Of a DNA stretch of 64,000 bases, positions 1 to 9,615 are shown piece after piece. Under the pieces are notes generated by a model. It ran no database searches, was not told where the DNA came from, and saw only the letters and a list, made by a program, of their open reading frames with translations. A program made the position numbers and the translations under genes. Origin of the DNA: Minisyncoccia bacterium. Its GTDB lineage: Bacteria > Patescibacteriota > Minisyncoccia > Phycocordibacterales > UBA9973. Each line of letters begins with the position of its first letter. Positions within the stretch are counted from its first letter, which is position 1. The stretch covers positions 2,994 through 66,993 of the forward strand of contig JBMOIO010000004.1 of assembly GCA_049317285.1 (NCBI GenBank). Reading direction: 5' to 3'.

Positions 1-151
1 TCTTTTGCTTGAGATCCTCATAGTCTGTCGGTCGACTGACCGATACTATCCACGACGGAATATTCTTTGTTTCTGCCCATGCTTCAAAAAATTTTTCCTC
101 GGCGAGTTTACCGCGTTCTTCGGGTGTTGTCTTTACCCAATAACTGTCCAT
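1..151 (-). CDS. 5' part of a hypothetical protein running off the window start, possibly PD-(D/E)xK nuclease-like
   Basis: Hand translation MDSYWVKTTPEERGKLAEEKFFEAWAETKNIPSWIVSVSRPTDYEDLKQK, preceded by GGAGG on the minus strand. The 'RGxxAE' helix resembles restriction-endonuclease-like folds (inference). Confidence 0.45.
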   Translation of the reverse strand, partial: MDSYWVKTTPEERGKLAEEKFFEAWAETKNIPSWIVSVSRPTDYEDLKQK

Positions 152-283
152 ATGTACCTCCTTTTTATATTTGCATTTATATTACTGTCTTTTTGCGCTT
201 TGTCAATGAAAGAGAGGAGGTCCTAGTTCGTCTTAATAGAGTGATATATATGAATAAAAAAACACTCTTGTTTTTGTTTGATA

Positions 284-1417
284 TTAGAGTTTTTTCAGAA
301 GTACGTCCTTAAAGATAGTCGGGTCGGGGGTATAGTTATAGGACTTGAGACTCTTTTTGTAGTGGGTAAGGATTTCTTCGGTGTAGTCGTCCACCATACT
401 TTTGACCGCACTGGTCTGCGCCATAAAATTATATGCAGTAAAGATACCAAAGTATATTGGGGATTTTTTTGTATTAATCACTCCTGCGAGCGAGTGATGG
501 TAGTTGAGAAAGCCACTCTTTGCGACAATTGCATTTTTTCTGCTTACATTGATCGCACGGTTTTTAATAACGCCTGGGTCAACGGCTGGTACAGAGAGGA
601 CATCGGTGACAGAGAAATCATTGTCTTTTAGTTGTTCTTCAAGGTGTTTGATTACGCGAAGGGTCAGTGCGCAGGTGGTGTAGTTGCCATGGAGACCAGA
701 ACCATTTTTGAAGTAAATGGTTTCACTTCCGACGCCATAGGTCTTTTGCATGTAGGCGGAAAATGCTGCCGGTCCACCGAGCTTGGTAAAGAGGACTTCG
801 GCAGAAATATTTGTCGAATGGTTATTGATCTGTTTCAAAAGAGCTTGAAGCGGAGCGGAGGCGAATTCGTACTTGGTGCCAACCCCTGTATACGGAGTAG
901 TCCGAGAGATGATCTTCACTGTTTTTGCAGTAGGAAGAGTAGAAGTTGCTTTCAAGGCAGTAGTAAGTGCAGTACGTACTGTGCTAGGGGTATTTTCCCA
1001 GTTGAAGTAAAAGTTAGGACTAAAGACGATGGTGTCAATCTTCACTTTTTTCTCGGCGTGCACCTTGTTTAGTACTAGCGACAAATGTTCGGTCACAAAA
1101 TGCGGATCTCCGCCCCCATTGATATAGAGGGTGTTTTTGTTTTGGATAAACGTTGTTGTATAGCGAAAATCTCGAGGGAGTGTTGCGAGTGCAAAATCAA
1201 ATGTGTAGAGCTTTGAGACCGAAGCGGGGATGATGCGCATATCAGCGTTGTACGAGAGAGCATTTTTTTTCCCGTTTTCAATGCATACAGATTGTTTGTC
1301 GCGGGAGATACTATTTTCGTCTATCAGATCGTTTAGCGCACTTTTTAAAGATGCCTCTGTCACGGTAGTGAGCGTGAAGAATAGGAAGAGTGTTGTAATA
1401 GTGAGTGTTTTAATCAT
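284..1417 (-). CDS. dacB: D-Ala-D-Ala carboxypeptidase/endopeptidase (PBP4, peptidase S13)
   Basis: Signal peptide, PASVSK (SxxK), GGGDP, HSTN (SxN), NGSGL and AKSG motifs. Confidence 0.85.
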   Translation of the reverse strand: MIKTLTITTLFLFFTLTTVTEASLKSALNDLIDENSISRDKQSVCIENGKKNALSYNADMRIIPASVSKLYTFDFALATLPRDFRYTTTFIQNKNTLYINGGGDPHFVTEHLSLVLNKVHAEKKVKIDTIVFSPNFYFNWENTPSTVRTALTTALKATSTLPTAKTVKIISRTTPYTGVGTKYEFASAPLQALLKQINNHSTNISAEVLFTKLGGPAAFSAYMQKTYGVGSETIYFKNGSGLHGNYTTCALTLRVIKHLEEQLKDNDFSVTDVLSVPAVDPGVIKNRAINVSRKNAIVAKSGFLNYHHSLAGVINTKKSPIYFGIFTAYNFMAQTSAVKSMVDDYTEEILTHYKKSLKSYNYTPDPTIFKDVLLKKL

Positions 1418-1448
1418 ACCCTTATTCTACCATGATATACTTTTTACT

Positions 1449-2024
1449 ATGAAAACAGCGGTTATTATCCATGGAATGCCAAGTCGAGAAGAATATATAC
1501 AGACAGGGGCACACTCTTCTGAGCACCACTGGTTGCCTTGGATAAAAAAAGAGCTTGAGCTAAAAGAAGTTACTGTATACACCCCGGAAATGCCTGAGCC
1601 CTATGAGCCGAACTATGAAAGGTGGAAAATGGTTTTTGAACAATTTCCAATAAATGAAGAAACTGTATTGATTGGGCACAGTTGTGGGGCTGGGTTTTTA
1701 GTGCGGTGGCTTTCTGAAAACAATACTAGAGTAGGAAAAGTAATTCTCGTGGCTCCATGGATGGATCCGGATCATGAAGAAACAGCATTGGTGACCGACT
1801 TTTTTGAGTTCACTATCGACCCTTTTATGGTTGAAAAAACAAAAGGAGTAACTATTTTTATTTCAAGCGACGACGATGCGCCCATGCTAAAGACGGTTGA
1901 ACTATTGAAAGAGAATATTACAGGTATTGCGGTTGTAGAATTCTCTGACAAAGGGCATTTTGTAGAGGGGGATATGGGAACGAACGAATTCCCAGAACTA
2001 TTGAAAGAAGTCCTGAATCCATAA
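1449..2024 (+). CDS. RBBP9/YdeN family alpha/beta hydrolase
   Basis: IIHG, HWLPW, GHSCG nucleophile elbow, SSDDD and GHF. Start moved to ATG 1449, downstream of a TATACT box. Confidence 0.85.
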   Translation: MKTAVIIHGMPSREEYIQTGAHSSEHHWLPWIKKELELKEVTVYTPEMPEPYEPNYERWKMVFEQFPINEETVLIGHSCGAGFLVRWLSENNTRVGKVILVAPWMDPDHEETALVTDFFEFTIDPFMVEKTKGVTIFISSDDDAPMLKTVELLKENITGIAVVEFSDKGHFVEGDMGTNEFPELLKEVLNP

Positions 2025-2044
2025 AACATAGTATACTGAGGTAT

Positions 2045-2536
2045 ATGAAAAAAAAGACCATTATACTTATCGTTTTAGGAGTGCTCCTTATTGTCGCTTT
2101 TGTTGTTATTGAGCGCTCAATCCGCAAGTCGACTATTGAGCAGATAGTGACAGAGGAAAAAGAGGCAGTTGCTGCAGCTGTTGTCGCATTTGGCGACAAG
2201 ATGAAAGATATTGCCCTTATTGCAGAGCAAGAGGTACTCAGTGCAAGTATTAAGAAAGAGTACGAGGATACTGTCGCGCCAGCACTCATCACTCAGTGGA
2301 TTCAGAATCCGACCCGTGCACCAGGACGTACAACAGTAAGCCCATGGCCGGAGCGTATTGAAGTTATTAGTATGGAAAAAGTGGAGAACTACTATAAAGT
2401 GGTGGCAGAGCTCGTTGAGATGACGAACGCAGAAGATGAAAAAGGAACAGAGTTTGGGCGAATCCCTCTGTATCTTACTGTTGCATGGGTAAACGAGGGA
2501 TGGAAGGTTGTCGAGTACCAGGTTTCGATGGAGTAA
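2045..2536 (+). CDS. Hypothetical membrane-anchored protein
   Basis: N-terminal TM helix; APGRTTVSPWPERIE segment. Confidence 0.7.
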   Translation: MKKKTIILIVLGVLLIVAFVVIERSIRKSTIEQIVTEEKEAVAAAVVAFGDKMKDIALIAEQEVLSASIKKEYEDTVAPALITQWIQNPTRAPGRTTVSPWPERIEVISMEKVENYYKVVAELVEMTNAEDEKGTEFGRIPLYLTVAWVNEGWKVVEYQVSME

Positions 2537-2604
2537 TCTATGAAAAGAATATCAACAATCCTTGGTACTACCCTTAACGAATAGTACCGTTTGTCTTAAT
2601 TACT

Positions 2605-3600
2605 ATGAAAAAACTCTGGTTCAAGCGAAAAGTGTATGGATGGGGGTGGTACCCAGCAACCTGGCAGGGGTGGCTTGTTCTCGCGGTATATATTGCAAGC
2701 ATGTTTGCTTTTGCAGGCAGTGTGGACAATTCATCGCCCGACCGCGAAGTGTTCTTTATGCTCGTTCTTCCGTTTCTTATTTTAACTACAGCCTTGATCC
2801 GCATCTGCTACGCGAGAGGCGAGAGCCCTCGATGGCAATGGGGAGTGCAGAAAGAGTTTGAAATAATCGCGTTTGATCTCGACGGTACTTTGGCTGAGAG
2901 CAAGATGCCGATCGATGCCGAAATGGCGACTCTTATTGCAGAACTCTTAGCAGTAAAAAAAGTCGCAATTATTTCCGGTGCGGGCACTCCTCAATTGCAA
3001 AAACAAGTGCTCTCACGGCTTCCGGGCGATGCATTGCTTTCCAATTTGTATCTGCTTCCCACCAACGGCGCGGCACTGTTGTCGTACAATGGTGCATGGA
3101 ACACTGCATATGAAAATGGGCTGACCACAGAAGAGAAAGCAACAATATTTTCAGCATTTGAACAGGCATTTACTGAAACCGGCTATGTCCGTCCGACAGA
3201 TGCACACGGAGTAATCATCGAAGACCGTGGAGCGCAGATTACTTTCTCGGCACTTGGAAGCACAGCACCAACCCAACTGAAAGCGCTCTGGGACCCGGAG
3301 CATACAAAGCGTATTGCACTGCAAAGTGCACTGAAAAAATATATCCCAGAGTTTTCTGTTTCAATCGGAGGCATGACATCGATTGATATAACAAAAGGCT
3401 CTGTTGACAAAGCGTACGGCATCACCGCCTTGCTTAAGCATTTGAACTGCAATCAGGAAACACTACTGTTTGTCGGTGACGCGCTCTTTACAGGCGGAAA
3501 TGATGCGTCAGTACTCAGGGCAGGTGTTGCTGTTATGGCAGTTGCGAGTGTAGAAGAGACTAAGGCGCTCATGAGGAAATTTATAGAGGGTAAGCTATAA
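2605..3600 (+). CDS. HAD-IIB phosphomannomutase-like hydrolase fused to an N-terminal two-TM membrane domain
   Basis: FDLDGTL, ISG, IEDRGAQITFSALG, GGMTSIDIT, VGDALFTGGND. The first ~80 aa (WFKRKVYGWGWYPATWQGW...) are hydrophobic. Confidence 0.8.
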   Translation: MKKLWFKRKVYGWGWYPATWQGWLVLAVYIASMFAFAGSVDNSSPDREVFFMLVLPFLILTTALIRICYARGESPRWQWGVQKEFEIIAFDLDGTLAESKMPIDAEMATLIAELLAVKKVAIISGAGTPQLQKQVLSRLPGDALLSNLYLLPTNGAALLSYNGAWNTAYENGLTTEEKATIFSAFEQAFTETGYVRPTDAHGVIIEDRGAQITFSALGSTAPTQLKALWDPEHTKRIALQSALKKYIPEFSVSIGGMTSIDITKGSVDKAYGITALLKHLNCNQETLLFVGDALFTGGNDASVLRAGVAVMAVASVEETKALMRKFIEGKL

Positions 3601-3607
3601 TAGAGTC

Positions 3608-3949
3608 ATGGAGCCACAAACGACACAACGACCCTGGGGAGAGTTTCGGCAGTTTACCCATAATGAGCCAGTCACAGTCAAGCTAATTTTGGTAAAAGCA
3701 GGCGAATGCCTTAGTCTTCAGCACCACACCCATCGAGAAGAATTTTGGAGAGTGCTTTCAGGAACTCCGCGCATCACTATCGGCGAGAGGGTGGTGGAAG
3801 CGAAAGCAGGGGATGAATTTACTATTTCAGCGACTGTCGCGCATCGCATAGAAGCAGTGGGGGCTGATACCGAACTTTTGGAGATTGCCAGAGGAGTATT
3901 TGATGAGGAGGATATTGTCAGACTTGAAGACAAGTACGGTCGCGTATGA
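3608..3949 (+). CDS. Mannose-6-phosphate isomerase, type II cupin domain
   Basis: RPWG, LSLQHHTHREEFW, HRIE and EEDIVRLEDKYGR motifs. Confidence 0.85.
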   Translation: MEPQTTQRPWGEFRQFTHNEPVTVKLILVKAGECLSLQHHTHREEFWRVLSGTPRITIGERVVEAKAGDEFTISATVAHRIEAVGADTELLEIARGVFDEEDIVRLEDKYGRV

Positions 3950-4977
3950 TTACTCTCACCCGCCATCCAGAAAACCCTCTTCTTTCTCCTGACCCTGCTC
4001 GCCCATGGGAAACTGAAGGTGTATTCAATCCGGGCGTTGTCCGAATTGGCGAAGAGGTCGTGATGCTCTATCGCGCGGTCGGCGAGCTTGAAGCCTACAT
4101 TTCACGGTTTGGTCTTGCAAAAAGCGCCGACGGTATTCATTTTACGAGCGCCTCAGATGAGCCCGTGTTTGGTCCGCACGAATCGTTTGACCAGTGGGCA
4201 ACCGAAGACCCTCGTATTACAAAAATAGATGACGACTACTATGTGACGTATGTTGCCGTTCCAGAGCGTATTATGCTAAACGGTTCATCTTTTCCGCGAA
4301 CAGTACCGCTTGAAACCGCAACAGGACTTTTAAAGACACGCGATTTTCGCACGTACGAAAATCTCGGCATTATTTCTGCCGAAGATTCAGACAATAAAGA
4401 CATTGTTCTTTTTCCTCGAAAAATAAATGGGCGCTATGCAATGCTGCACCGCCCCAACCGATGGAACAGGCCAAAGTGCGCACGCAGGCAGGCTGAAGGC
4501 AACCCAGTTAACTGGCCGTGTGATCTTTCTGCACTGCCGGAAAATCCCGCTATATGGATTGCGTGGTCTGATGACTTGGTGCATTGGGACAACCACAGCA
4601 TTTTTTTGCCGACGTCGCACGCCAATGATGCAAAAATCGGACCAGGGCTTCCTCCGATTGAAACACCGTACGGGTGGCTTATCATTTACCACCACGTAAC
4701 AACAACAGATCGGCCGGACGGCTTTTGCTACAGTGCGCGCGCAGCACTCTTTGCGCTTGATGAACCAGGGAGGCTCATCGGAAAGCTCAACTACGATATT
4801 CTCGCTCCGGATATGCCCTATGAAAAAGAGCGAAATTCGCACATCGTCTTCCCAACAGGGGGATATGTAAAGGATGATACTTTGTATGTGTACTATGGCG
4901 CATCCGACCGATATGTGTGTCTTGCCACAACAAACCTCTCGGCACTTATTACTGAGCTTAATCAAAAAAAACAATGA
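3946..4977 (+). CDS. GH130 family glycosidase / beta-mannoside phosphorylase
   Basis: VFNPG, LYRA, EDPRIT, NKDIVLFPRKINGRYAMLHRP, VFPTG and YYGASD. Confidence 0.85.
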   Translation: MITLTRHPENPLLSPDPARPWETEGVFNPGVVRIGEEVVMLYRAVGELEAYISRFGLAKSADGIHFTSASDEPVFGPHESFDQWATEDPRITKIDDDYYVTYVAVPERIMLNGSSFPRTVPLETATGLLKTRDFRTYENLGIISAEDSDNKDIVLFPRKINGRYAMLHRPNRWNRPKCARRQAEGNPVNWPCDLSALPENPAIWIAWSDDLVHWDNHSIFLPTSHANDAKIGPGLPPIETPYGWLIIYHHVTTTDRPDGFCYSARAALFALDEPGRLIGKLNYDILAPDMPYEKERNSHIVFPTGGYVKDDTLYVYYGASDRYVCLATTNLSALITELNQKKQ

Positions 4978-7220
4978 TGTATGAAACTAGACAGAGTACA
5001 TCCGACAAAGACTGTATTGTTTACCTTTCAACATACCCTCCTCGGGCGTGCGGTATTGCAACATTTACGGCTGATTTGATTTCGTATACTGATGAACTTT
5101 TTTCTGAGGAAGTAGAAACGAGGGTCATCGCAATGAATACAGAGGCCACAGCCGATACTGAGTACGGCCCCAAGGTGCTCTTTTCAATACAGGAAAACCA
5201 GGAGCAGGAATATATAAAAGCGGCACACACACTCAACGCCATGGCGCACGTGTCTTTGATTTCAATACAGCATGAGTTCGGTATCTTTGGAGAACACTTT
5301 GGAAAAAATATAGTACTCTTTTTGCAAGCGCTTACTAAGCCCTCCGTGATTACTTTCCATACGGTTCTTCCGGAGCCTCCGGTTGAAATGAAAGAGGTAA
5401 TGCAAGCAATTCTCAATCGCGTAGAGTCGGCAGTGGTGATGACCGAAGTATCGCGCGAGCTTCTGCTATCACTTTATGATGTCTCTCCTCTAAAGGTACG
5501 TATCATTCCTCATGGTATTCACCCAGAACCCTATACCGACGGAGTATCTGCAAAAGAGCGCCTCGGGCTTTCAGGAAAGCGCGTGCTTTCAACCTTCGGA
5601 TTATTGAGTCGCGGAAAGGGAATCGAGTACGGCATTCGAGCACTTCCAGCAATTGTGGCCGAGTACCCAGACACGGTCTATTTGGTATTGGGTGCAACGC
5701 ATCCGGTTGTCGCACGGCATGAAGGAGAGGTGTATAGAAATGAGTTAATCGCGCTTGCACGCGAGCTTGGGGTAGAAAAATATGTCCAGTTTCATAATAG
5801 ATACTTGGAAACAAAAGAGCTGTTGCTTTTTTTGGAGGCCACTGACATTTATCTTTCGCTTTCGCAAAATCCAAATCAAGCAGTGTCGGGGACATTAAGT
5901 TATGCGCTCGGTTCTGGACGTACCGTATTTTCGACAGCCTTTATGCAGGCAAAGGAGGTGATCACGCCTGAGGTAGGGGTGTTGCTCCAGTTTGGTGAGT
6001 ATACAGGTATTGCGGAAAACTGCCTTCGCCTTTTTGGAAATGTTTCTGAGCTCAAATCGCTTGGTAAAGCAGCGTACTTCAGAACGCGTGCGATGACATG
6101 GTCAAATGTCGCCTTAGGGTATATGACAGTCTTTTCCGAACATGCGCCGTCATTGCTTGGGTTCAAGCACTGCATGGTGCCGATCAAGCTCGACTATATC
6201 AAAAAGCTTACCGATGATTTCGGTATGTGGCAGTTTGCACATCTCGGCAACCCTAATACACACTTTGGCTACACGCTCGACGACAACGCGCGTGCGCTTG
6301 TTGCGATGTGCTGGCTCAATAAACATATGCCCAATGAAGACACGAGTATTCTTGCAGAAATTTATCTCGGCTTCATCGAGCGGTCAGCGTCGGTACACAC
6401 TGAAAGCTTCGCCAATTATTTTACTGTTGAAAGACGAGCAGACAGTGGGTTGAACAATAATGAAAATCTCGAAGACGCCAATGCGCGAGCCTTGTGGGCG
6501 CTGTCGGAAGTGATGCGAAGCACGCTCCCCAAAGAGCTGATTGATCGAGCAAGGAAACTTTTTTCAGAACGCACAGCCGTGCATACACAAGTGGTTTCTC
6601 CGCGCGCTGCAGCCGCCTACATAAAAGCGTTTGCAACTGTTGCGAGCACCTCAGAAGATCACGGCGAACGAGTAGCGCATGTTCGCTTCTACGCAGATTT
6701 TTTGGTTGATCTCTATGAGCGAAGTTCAGACGGCGAGTGGCAGTGGTTTGAGGAGACATTGACCTATTCTAATGGTGTATTGCCGGAAGCTTTATTGGTA
6801 GCCTACACTTTCACAAATGATGAGCGATATCTTTCTGTTGGAAAATCAGCGCTTGATTTTTTGTTGGCACAGTCCTTTGAAGGAAGTGTGTGCGTACCGG
6901 TTGGGCAAGCGGGATGGTATAAAAAGGGTGGAAAAAAAGAACGCCACGATCAGCAGCCCGAAGAGGTTTCCGCACTTGTCTTGGCGCTTGCCAAAATGAT
7001 TTCAATTAAGAGCGATTCAATGTATCAGGAAAAAATTATCCTCGCCTTTAACTGGTTTCTTGGAAACAATCTTCTTCGCCAGTTCGTCTATACCCACGCA
7101 ACGGGCGGCTGCTATGACGGCATTGGAGAGTACGCGATCAATTTAAACCAGGGCGCTGAGTCCACTGTGGTATATTTGCTTGCACGAATTGCAATGGACG
7201 ATATTGGAGAGACCCGTTAG
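4974..7220 (+). CDS. GT4 glycosyltransferase fused to a C-terminal six-hairpin glycosidase-like domain
   Basis: STYPPRACGIATF, IQHEFGIFG, FGLLSRGKGIE and SGTLSYA (GT4); GYTLDDNARAL, DQQPEE and NQGAEST (C-terminal domain). Confidence 0.85.
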   Translation: MMYETRQSTSDKDCIVYLSTYPPRACGIATFTADLISYTDELFSEEVETRVIAMNTEATADTEYGPKVLFSIQENQEQEYIKAAHTLNAMAHVSLISIQHEFGIFGEHFGKNIVLFLQALTKPSVITFHTVLPEPPVEMKEVMQAILNRVESAVVMTEVSRELLLSLYDVSPLKVRIIPHGIHPEPYTDGVSAKERLGLSGKRVLSTFGLLSRGKGIEYGIRALPAIVAEYPDTVYLVLGATHPVVARHEGEVYRNELIALARELGVEKYVQFHNRYLETKELLLFLEATDIYLSLSQNPNQAVSGTLSYALGSGRTVFSTAFMQAKEVITPEVGVLLQFGEYTGIAENCLRLFGNVSELKSLGKAAYFRTRAMTWSNVALGYMTVFSEHAPSLLGFKHCMVPIKLDYIKKLTDDFGMWQFAHLGNPNTHFGYTLDDNARALVAMCWLNKHMPNEDTSILAEIYLGFIERSASVHTESFANYFTVERRADSGLNNNENLEDANARALWALSEVMRSTLPKELIDRARKLFSERTAVHTQVVSPRAAAAYIKAFATVASTSEDHGERVAHVRFYADFLVDLYERSSDGEWQWFEETLTYSNGVLPEALLVAYTFTNDERYLSVGKSALDFLLAQSFEGSVCVPVGQAGWYKKGGKKERHDQQPEEVSALVLALAKMISIKSDSMYQEKIILAFNWFLGNNLLRQFVYTHATGGCYDGIGEYAINLNQGAESTVVYLLARIAMDDIGETR

Positions 7221-7933
7221 GCTTCTTTTAAAAGCATTATGTCTTTTTCTGAAAGTTTCTTTATCGTCCCAACTTTCATTCCTGTTGAGAAAAGTTGTCC
7301 AATACGAATGCGGACCAAGGATTCGACAGTGAGGTGGCACGCTGCACACATACGACGGATTTGGTGCTTGCGCCCTTCGTGCAGAACAATACTAAACGAA
7401 TAGCGGGAGAGACGCTTTGTTGTCGCAGGTTTTGTTTTGATTTTATCGAGCATGATACCTTTCGACATTTTTTCAAGTGCCGCATCAGTGATGTTTTCGC
7501 GCACAGTCACGGCATATTCTTTGTCGATAGTCGCATTCTCTTTGGTGAGCGCGCGGGTGAGGGTGCCGTCGTTGGTCAATATGATCAACCCCTCGGACTC
7601 TTTATCGAGTCGCCCCACAGGGGAGAGATGAGAGAGCTTTGGGAATTTGTCTTTGATATCTTTTGCTTTGGGAAGCGTCTTAGTGGTTTCAAGCCCGCGG
7701 GGCTTGTACAAAAGGACTGATTCTTTTTTGGTAGGAGTTGTCATTCCTTTTACTTCGATAGTATCAGTTGGCTTTACGCCGTACCCCGTCTCTTTGACCA
7801 CTACTCCGTTTACAGAGACAGTGCCTGCGAGAATAAGCGCCTTTGCTTCACGGCGACTCGCAAGACCAAGGTGGGCTATGGCGCGCTCGAGGCGTTCGAG
7901 ACCTGGTACGAGAGTAGAGGAATCAGTTTTCAT
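7217..7933 (-). CDS. rRNA pseudouridine synthase, RsuA/RluB family
   Basis: S4 domain ASRREA, GRLDKESEGL and EGRKHQIRRM. Confidence 0.9.
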   Translation of the reverse strand: MKTDSSTLVPGLERLERAIAHLGLASRREAKALILAGTVSVNGVVVKETGYGVKPTDTIEVKGMTTPTKKESVLLYKPRGLETTKTLPKAKDIKDKFPKLSHLSPVGRLDKESEGLIILTNDGTLTRALTKENATIDKEYAVTVRENITDAALEKMSKGIMLDKIKTKPATTKRLSRYSFSIVLHEGRKHQIRRMCAACHLTVESLVRIRIGQLFSTGMKVGTIKKLSEKDIMLLKEA

Positions 7934-8019
7934 AAGGATTGTAGTATACAGGAAAATGTATGTTTTGCCACTAAAATCTTTTTTGTAAAGGTATGAGTAT
8001 TTTTGTTACACTGTAGAGC

Positions 8020-8268
8020 ATGGGATATGTGTACATACTTGAATGCGCCGACGGCACACTCTATATAGGAAGCACGACCGATCTTATCCGCCGTATTCAC
8101 GAGCACAATACTGCAAAAAACGGCGCCCACTACACAAAAATCCGCCGGCCGGTAGCCCTTCGCTATAGCGAGGAGTTACCCACGATTGGCGAAGCCCGCT
8201 CTCGCGAAGCAGCACTCAAGCGCCTCACTCGAGCGCAAAAGCAAGCACTGCTACCAGTTTTTTCTTAA
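8020..8268 (+). CDS. Small GIY-YIG nuclease (UPF0213/YhbQ-like)
   Basis: YVYILECADGTLYIGST, RRIHEHN, GAHYTKIRRPV and ARSREAALK. Confidence 0.9.
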   Translation: MGYVYILECADGTLYIGSTTDLIRRIHEHNTAKNGAHYTKIRRPVALRYSEELPTIGEARSREAALKRLTRAQKQALLPVFS

Positions 8269-8301
8269 GGAAAATTTCATGCTGTGTATTTTACACTTTG
8301 G

Positions 8302-8385
8302 GTATCGTACCCGCGTGGGCGGTCCGATACTGCGCAACAGCGGCTTCGGTCGGCTAGTTTCGGCCCGCCCACGAGTGTATGATGC
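8302..8385 (+). ncRNA. Candidate ~85-nt hairpin RNA or structured element of unknown family
   Basis: GTATCGTAC/GTATGATGC, CGTGGGCGG/CCGCCCACG and CCGA/TCGG stems with an apical C-TTCG-G loop. TACACT at 8292-8297 just upstream. Confidence 0.5.
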
Positions 8386-8444
8386 ATATTCTAGAAGTGC
8401 TATACTGAAAAGGTAATTAGTAACCTAGAAGAGAATTTATACAT

Positions 8445-8789
8445 ATGTTATTCATCATTGGATTATTGATCGGAGCCGCAGTCGTACTGTTTATTTTGCA
8501 AAATATTATCCCTGTCACTGTCACCTTTTTAGTATGGCAGTTTAGTGGGACGATCGCTGTATTGGCCCTCTTGGCCGTTATCGCAGGAGTACTCATCGGG
8601 CTCTTGCTCGCGCTCCCCGCTATTCTCAATAAAGAGTTCAAAAACTCATCGCTCAAGAAACACAATCAAAAGCTCGCTGACGATCTTGAGGAACACAAGA
8701 ATCTTTTGAGAGACATTCCGACAACTGTCGTGCACACGACTGAGCCTGTTGTGATCGAAGAGGTAACCGTAGTAGAAACAAAGGAATAA
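8445..8789 (+). CDS. LapA/DUF1049 family membrane protein
   Basis: FILQNIIPVTVTFLVWQF, two TMs and a C-terminal coiled coil. Confidence 0.75.
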   Translation: MLFIIGLLIGAAVVLFILQNIIPVTVTFLVWQFSGTIAVLALLAVIAGVLIGLLLALPAILNKEFKNSSLKKHNQKLADDLEEHKNLLRDIPTTVVHTTEPVVIEEVTVVETKE

Positions 8790-8790
8790 T

Positions 8791-9054
8791 ATGCAGACAC
8801 TAGAACACGCAAACACTTTTTTTCTTATCAGCTCAGTCGGCTTCACTGTTCTCTTTTTAGTCTTGCTCGTATTGGGTATCTATCTGATAGGGATTTTAAA
8901 AACTGTTTTGCGCATCACCAAAAAAGTAGAGCGCGACATCGACACAATCGGGGACACGGCAAAGGAATTTGTCATGGATCTGCAAGAAAGCTCGCTCTTC
9001 TCACTTTTATTTCGCAAAAGAAAGAAGTATACTAAGAAAGGATTATCAGAATAA
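8791..9054 (+). CDS. Small membrane protein, DUF948/YtxG-like
   Basis: Single TM followed by an amphipathic helix; operonic spacing. Confidence 0.65.
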   Translation: MQTLEHANTFFLISSVGFTVLFLVLLVLGIYLIGILKTVLRITKKVERDIDTIGDTAKEFVMDLQESSLFSLLFRKRKKYTKKGLSE

Positions 9055-9066
9055 AAAAGCAGTAAC

Positions 9067-9528
9067 ATGATGAAAAAGAAAACACAGAAGGATTCACTCT
9101 CGGCTGGGAATGTTGCAGCAGTTGGAGCAGGAGTTGTGGCACTCGCCGCCGCTTCCTACTATTTCTTCGGCCCGGAAGGGAAGAAGAACCGCAATAGCCT
9201 AAAGGGTTGGATGATCAAAATGAAAGGCGAAATCATCGAGAAGATGGAGGATGCCAAGGACCTTACTGAAGATGTCTACGCAAAAATCGTTGATGTTGTG
9301 TCCGCGAAATACGCTAAGGCCGGCAAGGTAAGCGAAATGGAAATCCGCATGTTCTCTGACATGCTGAAAGCGCAATGGAAGGGGATCACAAAGGCACACG
9401 CAAAGTCGTCTCCTGCAAAGAAGGCTCCCGCTAAAAAAGCGGCTGGTACAGCAAAGAGTGCTGTAAAGAAAAGTGTAACAAAAGCAAAAAGTGCAGTGAA
9501 AAAAGCTGCCAAGAAAGCATCAAAATAA
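9067..9528 (+). CDS. YtxH-like protein with a Lys/Ala-rich histone-H1-like tail
   Basis: AAASYYFFGPEGKKNR motif; C-terminal PAKKAPAKKAA...KKAAKKASK. Confidence 0.7.
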   Translation: MMKKKTQKDSLSAGNVAAVGAGVVALAAASYYFFGPEGKKNRNSLKGWMIKMKGEIIEKMEDAKDLTEDVYAKIVDVVSAKYAKAGKVSEMEIRMFSDMLKAQWKGITKAHAKSSPAKKAPAKKAAGTAKSAVKKSVTKAKSAVKKAAKKASK

Positions 9529-9556
9529 TTACTTTTGATACTTTCTGTGAAATAAA

Positions 9557-9592
9557 CAAAATGCTGCAGACGACAAGGCCTGCGGCATTTTG
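9557..9592 (+). terminator. Intrinsic terminator hairpin
   Basis: CAAAATGCTGCAG / CTGCGGCATTTTG after the stop codon. Confidence 0.6.
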
Positions 9593-9615
9593 CTTTATAC
9601 GAGTATACTGTTGGT

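Noticed and set aside
8302-8385. SRP (4.5S) RNA
   Set aside because: Lacks the CAGG...GNRA...AGCA helix-8 motif; the apex is UUCG.
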